Shown here: positions 26,157 to 37,630 of the stretch, piece by piece
Numbering within the stretch: position 1 is the first letter of the stretch
Layout of the letters: each line of letters starts with the position of its first letter
Assembly (NCBI GenBank): GCA_012026655.1
Contig: JAAILG010001212.1
Coordinates: forward strand, 1-64,000
DNA: 64,000 nucleotides
Source of the DNA: Hydrolagus affinis
Lineage: Eukaryota
Direction of reading: 5' to 3'
The notes under the pieces: model-generated
Told to the model about the DNA's origin: nothing
Seen by the model: the letters and a program-made list of their open reading frames with translations, nothing else
Database searches by the model: none
Translations under genes and position numbers: made by a program

Positions 26157-27074
26157 CTGCAAGAAATTAATGCACCAGTTATTGTATTTTATTTTCATTC
26201 AGCGCAAGCGCTACATCAAGCTTCATTTAGGAGTGTAATGTTAATCAATATTTCACTGATATTTTACTCTCAAGACACCAGCTACGAAAGCATTAACATG
26301 TTGAAGTTGCCCAGGGCATAAATTAAGTCAAAAAGATCACAGACATGATAGGAGAACAATGTTATTTCACTCTATAATCAGTTTATCAAATTGGTAACAG
26401 AATTAGCCATCTAGCTACAGGAGGCACTTTTTTAAAAAAAACCTTTTATTCAAGGACGGAGGTCAAGTGCATTAAGGGAAAGGTATATTTGATCAGGTTT
26501 TAAATTGTACATTTTCCTAGAGTTCTCTGAAAATGATCATTGTTAATATTGAGAAATGGCACATATTCCATTTAGAGAACCTCTTGCTAGCATTGAATCA
26601 TTTTCAACTCCTCCTGGTTTGAAAGGCGCAATACAAATGTCATTTTGTTGTTGTTTAGGTCAGGTATAACATGACTAAAAGCAATACAATGCTCCTCCAC
26701 CACACCCCAAAGTTAGAACAGTCCCCATCAGTGTGACATTTTCCACCTCATTTGTCTTGTGCCTCTTCAATGAAATTGACAATTTTATGCTTGAAATAGG
26801 GCAAATATGTGCAAGGAACCAGACTGAGACTGCCATTCAATCCATTTGGGACACATTCAAACCCAGCTTCTGGAGCTGAAAGGCCAACTTGGCTTGATCC
26901 AAATTTTTAGTACTTGTGACCACTAGAAGTTTCCTAATACAGTCAAATGTATATGATGTGAAGAACATTTGATCCCACTGTTGACAGCATCAACTGAAAC
27001 CACATTATGATCTATTGCTAATGCTTGTTAAAAGCATCCAAGTGAACACAAAGTATCAAATACGATGGGTTAGT

Positions 27075-27284
27075 CAGTGGTTTCCAAACTTTGAATAGCA
27101 GCGCCTACCTATCTCAGCAACGTTTTCGGAGCTCGCCCCCCTCCTTCACACTCGGCTCCACACACTTGGGTCCGGGGTTCTACCCCTGACCGCCGGGTCG
27201 ACAGGCCCCAGTTGACTCCATCCCTGACTGCCGGGTCGGCAGGCCCGCGGGCAGGGGTGGAGCCCCACAGTTTGGAAACCACTC
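27075..27284. mobile_element. hAT/Charlie-type MITE (~210 bp)
   Basis: TIRs CAGTGGTTTCCAAACT...AGTTTGGAAACCACT(C), flanked by duplicated GGTTAGT (27068-27074 and 27285-27291). Confidence 0.88.
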
Positions 27285-27539
27285 GGTTAGTGTCTATTGT
27301 GTCACTGTAATAAGATTGTACACACATTTTGGCAGAGTTTGGAAGCAATTGGCAATGAGAGGCAATATTCCGAAACCAATATACCAGAGTGTAAGATTTT
27401 TTTTTTTTCTCTTTACTACACATTTTAGTGAATGGTGATACAGTTGACTGTATTTAATTGACTACCAATTAAATCACTACATGGTGATCACGTAAACTAG
27501 TCCATCAGAAAATATCTTGGTTTTAAACAAAGCTAAACA

Positions 27540-28100
27540 TATTAATATTTATTTTGTGCCTTTCACATACGGATGATGTCTCAACCACTTAACACTGCTG
27601 ACAGGGCACCAAACTGGGGTTGGGAGCCAAAGGAGATGGGGAGCAGAGAAATCAACGAAAGCGGGGTCAAAGAGATGGACATTGAATGAGATAAGGATGT
27701 GATAGATTCAGTTGGGCTCTAGGATAAAGATGGGAGTGGAATGACTGAAATGCTGGCCCCTGATGATGAGGCAGATGGGCTGGGAAAAATGAAACAGGCT
27801 GGGGTTCCCTGAGGGAAAGGCTGAGGCAGTAGGATTAAAGGAGATCGGAGAGTGGAGGCATAACTGTGGAGGGATTTGAAATTAAAATGAGCGTCTTCAA
27901 TTAAATCTATTGGAGGATGGGGAGCCAATGGAGCCAAGTAAGGATGAGAATGATAGGCTCATGGAGCTTGATGTGGGAGAGGACACGGTTGAAGAATTCT
28001 GATTGCTTCCCATGTTCAAAGAGTTGGGAATTTTAGCAAGAGAGGGTATTAGCATAGTCAAATCTGAATATGATGAAAGTGTGAATGAGGGAACAGCGGC
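27540..28100 (-). mobile_element. Degenerate L2 LINE 3' fragment
   Basis: ggggtcaaagag, tttgaaattaaaatgag, tggggagccaatggag and tagtcaaatctg are reverse-complement L2 ORF2 motifs. Confidence 0.7.
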
Positions 28101-28569
28101 CATTATATGTTACACAAAATGTAAAGCGAAGATGCTTTCAAAAAATTATCAAACAAGGAAACAGTGAGGACAGAAGGGAGGTTTAACCTAGATGGCAAAA
28201 AAGAAAATCAATTGCACAATAGCAAAATTCTCTTAAGAAATAAGAGGTTGTTTAGAGTATGTAATAAGGAAGCAGCAAGCTCAAGGGGGTCAGATGTCAC
28301 CCAAACTCAGATTGTATTACTGCCATGGACATGTGGCAGGCCATCTTTTACAATATATATATTGAATTTTGGCCCTCTTTTTCTAATTGTTAGGTTCTTA
28401 CACTCAGAGTTTAGTGTTGAACTTTATATCTTCCATTATGCTTGTTGAGTTTTTTCAGGTGGTTCTGCAGCAGTAAAATGATGCAACCCTGAGTCTTAGA
28501 AGCCAAAGACTGTTAGACACTTGTTCTACTCCAGTTTATAATAGGATCAGATGCTAAACATTTTTCTCA

Positions 28570-28790
28570 TCTTCCTTATCCACCCACCCAAACTTTCTTT
28601 CCTCACTGATGGAGCCAATGACACAGACTCGTTCATTATGTGCTCCAAAAACTCACCTTAACGTAGGTTTTCTTCATCCATGCCTGCTGTCAGTTATTCA
28701 ACAGTGAAGGAACATTAGAAGCACGCTTCATTTTGTCTTTAACCATCCATACATATAACAGAGGCATATTGGCACAAGCACATGTTACTG
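28570..28790 (-). repeat. Old unnamed interspersed repeat copy
   Basis: ttcttcat...gtcagttattcaac...ttttgtctttaaccatccata is approximately the reverse complement of 60850-60960. Confidence 0.45.
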
Positions 28791-29717
28791 GATAATGATT
28801 AAGAGCAAGACCTCTAATTCGGTGAGGTTCAGGCGAGGTTCGAGTCATATTGTTGTAAAAAGATAAGTTAAAAAAAATCTAGAAACATGTTAGGATAAAT
28901 CCCTATTCATGCTTGAAATATACTTTGTAACATGCATAGTACAGTAACCTGACATATGGGTAGAAGCCACAATTGTTGCATTTTCCAAGGTTAGTTTTGT
29001 TTGCCAGGAACTCCTACCCCCCTTCCTTTTCTCCATCACTAGTTCCAGTCGAGAACTAGTTAGAGGGAATGGGAAGGAGGGGATGGGGACCAAGGCTCAG
29101 TCGATACAATTATAACTTTTGGAACCAAAATTGGTGACCTTGATCAGAAAGCCATCACAAATTGTTTCAATAAGTGAAAGAAATCTAGACATGGAATTGT
29201 TTTTTAAATATATTTTTCAGAAGAATACTTGAGAACATCCATTTGTCTAGTCTTAATTACAATATTCTCCATAGTGTATCAGAAATGAACTTACAGTGTT
29301 CACTAAAAAGCCTCTGTACTTAGACAAAGGCATTCCCGCTGCAGATAAAAACAAGATTGTTGGTATTTTGAAATTCTGTGATTATCAATCACTTTTTTTT
29401 AATGATTATCCCACCATCAATAAATCATAATGTGATCCTTAGTGAATAGCATAGAGCTCTCAACCTTTTTAGCAGCTTTTGTCTACCAATGATAAAGTGG
29501 CCATCTTCTAAACTAGGGTAAGCACTTCATCACCCACGGAAGAAGTCTCTAGAGTTTTATAAGCTTGTGTATACTTTAAAAAAATGTGGTCCAAACATAA
29601 GGTTGCAGCATTATTTAAGCTATCTTTTTAAACTTCTGGAAATAGATTACTGCTTGTAAATACAAGATTGTGGAAGCTTGATTCAAATTATCATCAAGTG
29701 TAGGTAGATGTCAAGGT

Positions 29718-29772
29718 AAATTGTCAAGTAGGTAATGCACTCTGGAAATTGTCAAGTAGGTAATACACTGTG
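29718..29772. repeat. 28-bp tandem duplication
   Basis: aaattgtcaagtaggtaatgcactctgg followed by aaattgtcaagtaggtaatacactgtg. Confidence 0.9.
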
Positions 29773-30018
29773 AAGCCACTCTGTGACGGTTTTAATTACT
29801 GTTGAAAAGCAATTTGTGGTTTAATTTAAAGGTGACAATGTTTGGAGTGTGGGGCAAAAGGGGCGAGGAGATATACAAGCAACTATGATCATGAGTAATG
29901 AAAAATGTAGTCACAGTTACACTACCATTGCTGTGCTGGGTGCATAATCAGAGTACAAAGGGATGCTATGTTCACCTACAAATACACAATCACTATATTT
30001 TATAGTAAATTCTGTGAA

Positions 30019-30114
30019 GCCCTTTGAGAAGCTGTGCCAATAAAGCCTCATACTAAGCCCTATGTAATGCCCTTTGAGATGCTGTGCCAATAAAGCCTCA
30101 TATTAAGCCCTATG
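30019..30114. repeat. 50-bp-period tandem duplication
   Basis: gccctttgaga(a/t)gctgtgccaataaagcctcata(c/t)taagccctatg occurs twice with 2 mismatches. Confidence 0.92.
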
Positions 30115-30234
30115 AATTCTAGAATTAAAATTTCTCCCTTGCTTAAGCTCTGAGATCTGATTTGCCTGGACAAGATCTTAGATCAGATCTGACAGCTCCC
30201 ACTGGGAAGATTCACAATGAATAAATAAAATAAA

Positions 30235-30524
30235 AATAATCCTTGCATTTGATATAGCGCTTTTTATGTCTTGTAAATATCTCAAAGCGCTTCAGAATAT
30301 ACTGTAAAGGGAATTGACTGTATATTTGTGGGCACAACGCAGCAGCCAATTGTGCACAGCATTGTCCCACAAACAGTCGTGGATTGAAACAACCAATTTT
30401 ATTTTGAGGGATTATTATCAGGTGTGTGGAGTAAGGAAACTTGCCCAAGGTTTCACCCTGCCTGGAATCAAACCCAGGCCTCTTGTTTGTAAGGCGAGTG
30501 CTCTAACTGGAGCTACAGGACTCC
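30235..30524 (-). mobile_element. Near full-length tRNA-SINE
   Basis: Runs from aataatccttgcatttgatatagcgc to gagtgctctaac...gagctacaggactcc. Confidence 0.9.
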
Positions 30525-30584
30525 AGTTAAGGTTGTCCTCAAGTACTTTGCTCAAATGGCCATTCTTTATGTGTGAGTTCATCT

Positions 30585-31120
30585 GTGATCAGGGTTACCT
30601 CTGCCTCCTCATCCATCTCAATCTCTCTGCCACCTTGAAACTTCTCCTCCACTGCTTCTCCTCACAGCTTCACCTTCATGGTGCCGTCCTTCCCTGGGAG
30701 GTCCTTTCCTGCACCAAGCTCAATAAGTCACTCCTGTCCTTGCCTGGCTCCACTAACTTCCCAATGGATCAAGATCCTCGTGCTCAATTTTATAGCCCTC
30801 CAATCTTGCCCCTCCCTACCTCTGTGAATTGCGCTCGGCAGACACTGGCCCACCCTGCCCAGTTCACCATTCAACCTTTATGCCCCATCCTTTGGAACTC
30901 CATCCCAGAAACTTTTCGAGTTGCTCCCTCCCTTGTCTCCATGAAAGCCCATCTGAAGACCTTGCTCTTTGACCATACATTTCGTCATCCTCTACCTCAC
31001 CCCCTTGTTATCCATCCCTCTTGATTCCAACCCCCAGCTCAGGAAAACCCTTGAGTGTCCAGCGCCTGGAATGTCCTCCCAATGTTACAGGATTAGGTAG
31101 GTAATATCGCTGTGGTTTTG
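30585..31120 (+). mobile_element. Degenerate L2 fragment
   Basis: ctcaatctctctgccacct, ctttggaactccatccc, aaagcccatctgaagaccttgctctttgacc and tail cagcgcctggaatgtcctccc. Confidence 0.75.
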
Positions 31121-32771
31121 TTGTGCGAAATGTATAACATCATGGCGTGTGGCTGTGATTGCATGACAGGACTAAAAGAACAGATATTTTTAATTAAGGG
31201 CTGTTGCTCAAGCGTCAACGCCTCCACATGTGCCTCATGATTAGTGCAAAAAGATTCATAGCAAATGCACAACAGCTAGGTAGGAGGGATAGGAGGGTCA
31301 TGAATTACTAGCTATAGGCGATGAAGTGCTTTTGTTGTATTCTGTACTAGACTTTACATTATATTTTATACAGTACCTTTTTGTATTATTTAAACATTAT
31401 ATATAACATATTACTGTAAAGTGTAACAACTTAATTGATAGGCAAAAATATTATTTCTCTGCACATTAGTATAACTGCTTTATTTTTGTGAGGAAGGGTT
31501 AATGGCACTGGACACTCTCTTTGGTAAGTTGATCCATTAACATCTGTTTGCAATTCAAAGTACACCATCATTTCTCAGGTTTACTGAGGACAGGACAGGC
31601 AGATGTAAGATAATATGGCCAGGCATCACCAGTGAGTTGGCACGTGATGAATGCGATCATGTCAGTTTGGAAAGTCAAAATCAGAATGGATGGAGATACA
31701 TAACTGGACTACATAATGGTAATTACAGGGCACATAAAGCAAGCACTCAAGACTCATGAACATGCACAGTAATATCAGTTCTAAAGTGGCGCTGCCCAGA
31801 ACATGGAGGATTCACATATCTTGGCACCTACACAAGTCTGTATTGACAACTAGATCAAACAAAAAGAACAGTCTCCCATTGGAATCTCTTTTTTGCCATC
31901 ATATTTGCATGTTATTGCAGTAACCTAGCAACAGACATCGCTGAGACTAAATTTACCCTTGTGATTGATTAGGAAATTCAAAATTAAACTCAAAGTTCAA
32001 GTAGTTTTCCTCGGCGAATAATACTGTACTGTACACCATTGGGGTGTTTGGGGGGCAAGGGAGAAATGTGCCGATCATAAAAGCTATAATTCAATATTAA
32101 ACATTTAAAAACAGGAAAATATGTAGCTACTGATTTTAAACATCTGTTCATATATTTCTAAATGTACCTGTACTATAAAATATAGTACACACATCTATAT
32201 TTAACAGCCATTTCAGTAAAATGCATTTGCAGTGTATTTTACCCAGCAACCCAAAGGCTCTGTGTTAAGCTGTCATACAGCTCTCGTATCTTCCTCTTGT
32301 ATCTCACCCAAGTGGTTAATGTGTGTGCCACTTAGACTAGGAATCAAACTTGTCTAAGCCTAAGTCAAAGCAATAAGTTTACCAACGGAGTCATCGAGGG
32401 AGCTATGGAGACATGTGATTGAGGTTTACAGATACAAAATTTATACAGCAGACTCAAAAGGTACTTTTTAAATTCAGCTACCTCCAAAACATGAATATAA
32501 ATCTGTGTTTAGCCCTTCCTAAAGGTTACCCCTTGCTGTCATGTTACCAGTTTCCTTTCAAATTTATTCATTTTATTTCTTCTCCCATTTACAAGCTGCT
32601 TGCTATCATGTATCTCCTCCAGCTGGAAGGAGCCAGGGCTCCCACTTCCCCACGCCCCTAATCAATCTCACTCTATAATTGGGCACCAGGAGACGCAATC
32701 TGAACTGGCGATGGTGGCTGTTCTGCTTTGCTCTCCTCCCCCTTACCTTGCACTTCATTCATTTCAGTGAA

Positions 32772-32788
32772 GTGCTCCATCTAGTGTT
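32772..32788 (-). promoter_or_regulatory. CTCF-like motif
   Basis: Minus strand AACACTAGATGGAGCAC against the core CCACTAGATGGCGC (2 mismatches). Confidence 0.35.
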
Positions 32789-33128
32789 CCCTTCCTTTTT
32801 TTAAAAAAAGGAAAAATGTTCAACAGCACTTTTACACCAAAAAAAAAGCAAAGGGGTGGATGAACTCAGCATTCTCAGCATTAAGATTTTCTTTCTTTAA
32901 GCAGACGGTTTTCAAAATGTGAATCTTAATGTTTCACATTGGAGAAAAAAGACAGAAAGGCAGACTTGATATTCAGGGTATTGTTTAATCGGGGGAAGGG
33001 CAGCATTATTCAGAAGGTCCTTCCACCCCAGAGCTGTGTCGCCAAGGCCACTTTATGAGGATAGTTTCAGTAGCAATCAATTTGGATACCCTGACATATA
33101 AATATAGTTCTAGCTCAAACTCCAAATA

Positions 33129-33339
33129 CAGTAAAAGCCCGTTTATCCGGCACCCTCAGGACCTGGCCAATGCCAGTTAAAGCGCTTGCAAGATATTCGG
33201 CCAAAAACACACCAATGTTTTTTAAAAAATAATACATTGTGTCATATAAATTCTGGTTAATCGAATGGGGACTTTTTTTTAGGTGCCGGTTATACGGAAG
33301 TTACGGTTGATCGGATCACAGATAAACGGGCTTTTACAG
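33129..33339. mobile_element. Tc1/mariner (pogo/Tigger-type) MITE, 211 bp
   Basis: TA|CAGTAAAAGCCCGTTTATC...GATAAACGGGCTTTTACAG|TA: TIRs with one mismatch and a TA target duplication. Confidence 0.9.
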
Positions 33340-34715
33340 TACTTCCTGAAGAGTGTTTGGCCTGTCCAGAGAACTTTCAAGAGGCATTTAAAAATTATTT
33401 TATAGAACCTTGCACATGAACGTCTCTTTAATATTAATAAAAATATGCAACTAACCCTTATTGTAGTTGCACATGTACAGAAAGAACTCTGATAAGAGTT
33501 GAATTTTTTATTTTAAAAAGCAGGCTGGGCCCAGAGAAACAAAATATAAATCTCGCTTCCTCCTCCATTTTGTACTGCTGTTTGAAATAATATAGCTTCA
33601 CTCGCAAGAGAATAAACACCACATAAAAAGCTCCTGGTTTCACAACTTTACACAAAACAGACCATTCCATCTTTCAGAATGAACCTGGACTTGTAAATGC
33701 AAATCAGATCAGACAGAAAGCATGTTTCCAAATTTCTGGACTTTCCCAGCGCTCGATGTAGCCCTTAGCAGCCATTCTAGCAGTAAGAATGAAAGAAATG
33801 AGTTCCAACTTCTCATTAATTGAATCTATTTTTGACAAGTAAATTAAGAATAGGTGTCAAAACTTGTGAGGTATCACGAATCTTACAAATTGCATAGTTC
33901 TTCACGGGCAATTTTCATTTTTTTTTTCACATAAGGGACATCCCTAGAGAAAATAAGGACGAATTGCTATGGAAAAAAGAACTACAACTTAATTTCAGCA
34001 CTATTATAGCAAATGTAATGAGTTTTTGTACCACTGAACAGTTTTTTTTGTTAGTTTCAAGGAGGCGAATACCTGTTATACTGTACCCCCAGTTGGAGGT
34101 TTAAAGGAGTTCCAAGATTTTGCTATCAGTGGTAGAGGATGTGGAATCTGCATGTAGTACAGAGCAATGGTTGAGGCAGGATCAATACTGTATTTGCTTT
34201 CATCAGCAAACAAGACAGATAATTTTAAAAATACTAGGTGTACGAGGAAAATGCAATAAATTGCATCTGAATGTACTGTATTGCTCTTTCAAAGAGCCAG
34301 TACAGACACGATAGGCCAAATAGTCTTCTGTGATGTACACTTTTATGGTTGAAAACTGATGTTAATAAAACAGATAATATACCGATAATCTGGGTGGTTG
34401 TTTAAATGTTCTTTCTTTTCCATATATTTTTCCTTGTGACCACAGTTTGACTTATTTGTGGCACTCACCTAAAAACGGCACCTGATCTGTTTAAGTCCAG
34501 ATGTAGCATCAGACTTACTAATGCACTCAGGATTACCCTGTATCATTTTATAAACAACAGTTCAAGTTTCAAGTGAACTGGTATGTGTGGCTAAAGTTAC
34601 AATAGGTTCTCCCATCGCAGCAGCACAGCTGTGAGATTTAATTGCAGTGCTGCAAGACAACGCAAAGAGATATTCTTCCTTTCCCTGCCGTGAGCAATCA
34701 ACATTTCTAATACCA

Positions 34716-34910
34716 CAATAACAAAAATTACATTTGTATAGCGTCTTTCACGTCACGTCGGGAGGACATCCCAAGGCGCTGAAATGGCATTAGCAGAAGG
34801 CAATGAGATATAGAGGTAATTCAGCACAAACTATACAACCACTGATGTGGAATTGTACCAAACAACAACAAAATTACATTTATAGAGCGCCTTTCATGTC
34901 GGGAGGACAA
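34716..34910 (-). mobile_element. Two tandem L2 3' tails
   Basis: caaaaattacatttgtatagcg...gtcgggaggacatcccaaggcgctg, repeated at 34861-34909. Confidence 0.82.
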
Positions 34911-35307
34911 AAGTGAGGTAAAGACAGATGAAACATTTAATTTATTGTAATGGATGTTTTTCAACACTCAGTATTTTTTCGCCATATTTAAAATTTTAGT
35001 TTTGGTGGGGAGAATTCAGTCACAAAAGAAACGCCATTTTAGGCACAGAAGGAATTTGAATTAAAGTACTGTACATTGAATTGCTTTTCGCTGCATTCCT
35101 GACTTTGGCAATTTGGCAATCCACAGCATTTTGAAGAAAAAGATGGATTTCTCAATGGTCTTTCATCAGAATTGAAAATAGTGAATCATGAAGAGAAGCT
35201 GCTATATTAGAATGGTTAGAAAAGGCTAATAAGACACAAACAGCTTCCAGCCAAGTGACAACTAACATGTTGTGATTACTATTAATAATACTACCACTGT
35301 ACTACTA

Positions 35308-35540
35308 ATAACAATCCTTGCATTTGATATAGCGTGTTTCACGTCTTCTTGACATCTCAAAACGCTTCACAGAATATACTGTACTGTAAAGTGAATTACA
35401 GTGACTGTACTGTATAATTGTGGGTGAAACACGGCAATAATAATCCTTCATTTTATATCATGCCTTAACACATTGTTGAAACGTCTCAAAGTGTTTCTCA
35501 AAATATACTGTAAAGTGGATCAACTGTATTTTGTGGGCAG
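35308..35540 (-). mobile_element. Two truncated SINE tails
   Basis: aatccttgcatttgatatagcg...cttcacagaatatactg, and again from 35437. Confidence 0.8.
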
Positions 35541-35722
35541 TGGCTTGACAAATTACCTGGTAAACAAAATATTAACCTCTTCCTATTTTAGGAAGCTCAA
35601 ATTTATTAAGAAGCACAGCATCCATTTATATATAAAGTCGTGGTGTCATTGGTCTGGCGAACTCATCACTCAAAACCATTTAGAAATTATCTCAGCAGAT
35701 TTAAACGCTAACAACATTGAAG

Positions 35723-36040
35723 AATAATCCTTGCGTTTGGCATAGAGTCTTTTCATGTTGGAAGGACATCTCAAAGTGCTTCAAAGGATTTCACTGTGAA
35801 AATGGAGTGACTTTATTTGTAGATAAATGTGGCAGCCCAATTGTACACAGCAATGTCAAGGCATGACTAATTTTATTTGGAGGATTGTTGGCAGGGATAC
35901 CAGGAGAAGCTCCCTTTGTTTTTCAAATAGTGCAATTGGATCATTAACGTCCTCTTGACATTTTGGCATGTCCCAGATACGGGATCTGAACCCACAACCT
36001 TCTGACTCAAATACGCAAACAGTTCCATTGAGCCAAGCTG
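35723..36040 (-). mobile_element. Deu-domain SINE (SacSINE1/AmnSINE-like), internally deleted
   Basis: SINE tail, then ggataccaggagaagctccc...aaatagtgcaattggatcattaacgtcc (Deu), then gaacccacaaccttctgactca...tgagcca (tRNA head). Confidence 0.7.
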
Positions 36041-36282
36041 CTGCACTGGTAATGGGAAGTGTAGGAAAACAAAAGTGAATGATAAAGCAGTACGAAATTC
36101 ACGACAGAGATTCAGCTGAGGAAAGCTCTTCCACTCGTTTGATCTTATTCCTACGAGCTTCTCATTGAAGCAGCAGGCAATTTCTAGAAAATAAAACAAC
36201 ACCCAGGCCTCAAGCATCCTTCCAGCAACTTGGCTCATCTGTTAATCTCACTACATGTAGGAAATAACCGTGGTATTAGTCC

Positions 36283-36346
36283 AACAACAACAACAAAATT
36301 GCATTTGTATAGCGCCTTTCACATCAGGAGGATGTCCCAAGGCGCT
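36283..36346 (-). mobile_element. L2 3' tail
   Basis: (caa)n aattgcatttgtatagcgcctttcacatcaggaggatgtcccaaggcgct. Confidence 0.85.
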
Positions 36347-37384
36347 AATCCAGAAGCTGCACCCCCTTTTTCTGCTGCAAATCATTGGTGGGTTTAAAGC
36401 ATTTTTCTAGGTTTAGTTACTCTACCCCATAAACATCTTATATTACCTCTAAAGTTTCCCTCTGAGACATCCCTTTTCAGGCTGAAGACTTATTTATACA
36501 ATTTAAAAAACCACACTATGAATTTCACATTTAAGTGTTTCAATTTTGCAAACAGAAACAAAAAGAATTTTAAGTACCTGACAATTTGAAACAGATGCTT
36601 GAAGCTCAACACAACCTGAACATTACTTTTCAACAAACACAGATGTGCCCAAAATTAACAGAACAGCTTTCAATCCACTGGCAGCATGGACATTTTCTTT
36701 TTTATTGTTCCAAGTCAATTTCCTCTGAAGAAAATTCTGGGTGATATTTTGGAGATTGCAGAGTAAGCAGTTACACCCCTTTCTTTATGTGAGAAATGTG
36801 TTACTAACTGGTAGGGGTTGGGGGTGGAAGAGAATAGCCTACAAAAGTACAAATACAGTTAATTCATTTTATAGTATATTCTGTGAAGCACTTTGAGATG
36901 TCTAGAAGATGTGCTATTATTATTATTCGCAAGGATTATTATTATTATTATTTGCAAGAGGGAGCGGTTTATGGTGTGGCTTTGCATAGATAAAGCTTCC
37001 CACATGGCAAGTTTTCAATTCACAAGATGAGTGGGGTAGCAAAGTCAAATGATTCCCCCACAGGGAATGAAGATAGGAACAAACTCAGATCCATTCTTAG
37101 CAAAATAATAAGTGGTAATAATTCAACCAATTAATGAGTTAAAAATATATTAGACAAAATGGTCTCAAGGTCCTTCACACATTGCTAAAAATAGTTTCTC
37201 TCAGTGTCTTTTTAAAGGTAAACATAGTGAACAGATTAGCTTCTCTAGCGATCATCATGAGATAGATCCCGATCAATTATCTAAGTATCATGGCTCTTAT
37301 ATGACGGCTAATATGCACCAGTAACATTGAACAAATAGAAATCCGAAAAATTGTTTATTTTGGTTAAATAGTATAGGAAGGTAC

Positions 37385-37630
37385 ATGGCTGGAACACCCA
37401 GAGAACTCCCGGGTTTAAAGATCTGGGTTTTTTAACGTCCATTTGAACAGGAAGGTAGTACCTCAATTAATTTCCCTCATCTGAAATAACACCTCCAACA
37501 ATGCAATGTTCCAAACCTCAGAACTGTATTCAAGTGTCAGCCAAACTAGATTATGAACTCAAATTCTGGTGTGGGAATTTGTATTCACAACCTTCTGGCT
37601 GAAAGACAGCACCTGAGACAGGCTGACACC
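37385..37630 (-). mobile_element. Deu-domain SINE
   Basis: acacccagagaactccc...ttttaacgtccatttga...ctcatctgaaa...cacctccaacaatgca...agtgtcagcc...agattatg...cacaaccttctg. Confidence 0.75.

Noticed and set aside
26281-26310. Shared 13-mer aacatgttgaagt with 38577-38589
   Set aside because: A single short match in AT-rich 64 kb is expected by chance.
29718-30114. CRISPR-like repeats
   Set aside because: Two-copy tandem duplications without unique spacers, in a vertebrate intron with no cas genes.
30314-31024. Longest ORF (236 aa) as a novel gene
   Set aside because: It reads through an antisense SINE, an old repeat and an L2 fragment, so it is a chance ORF across repeats.
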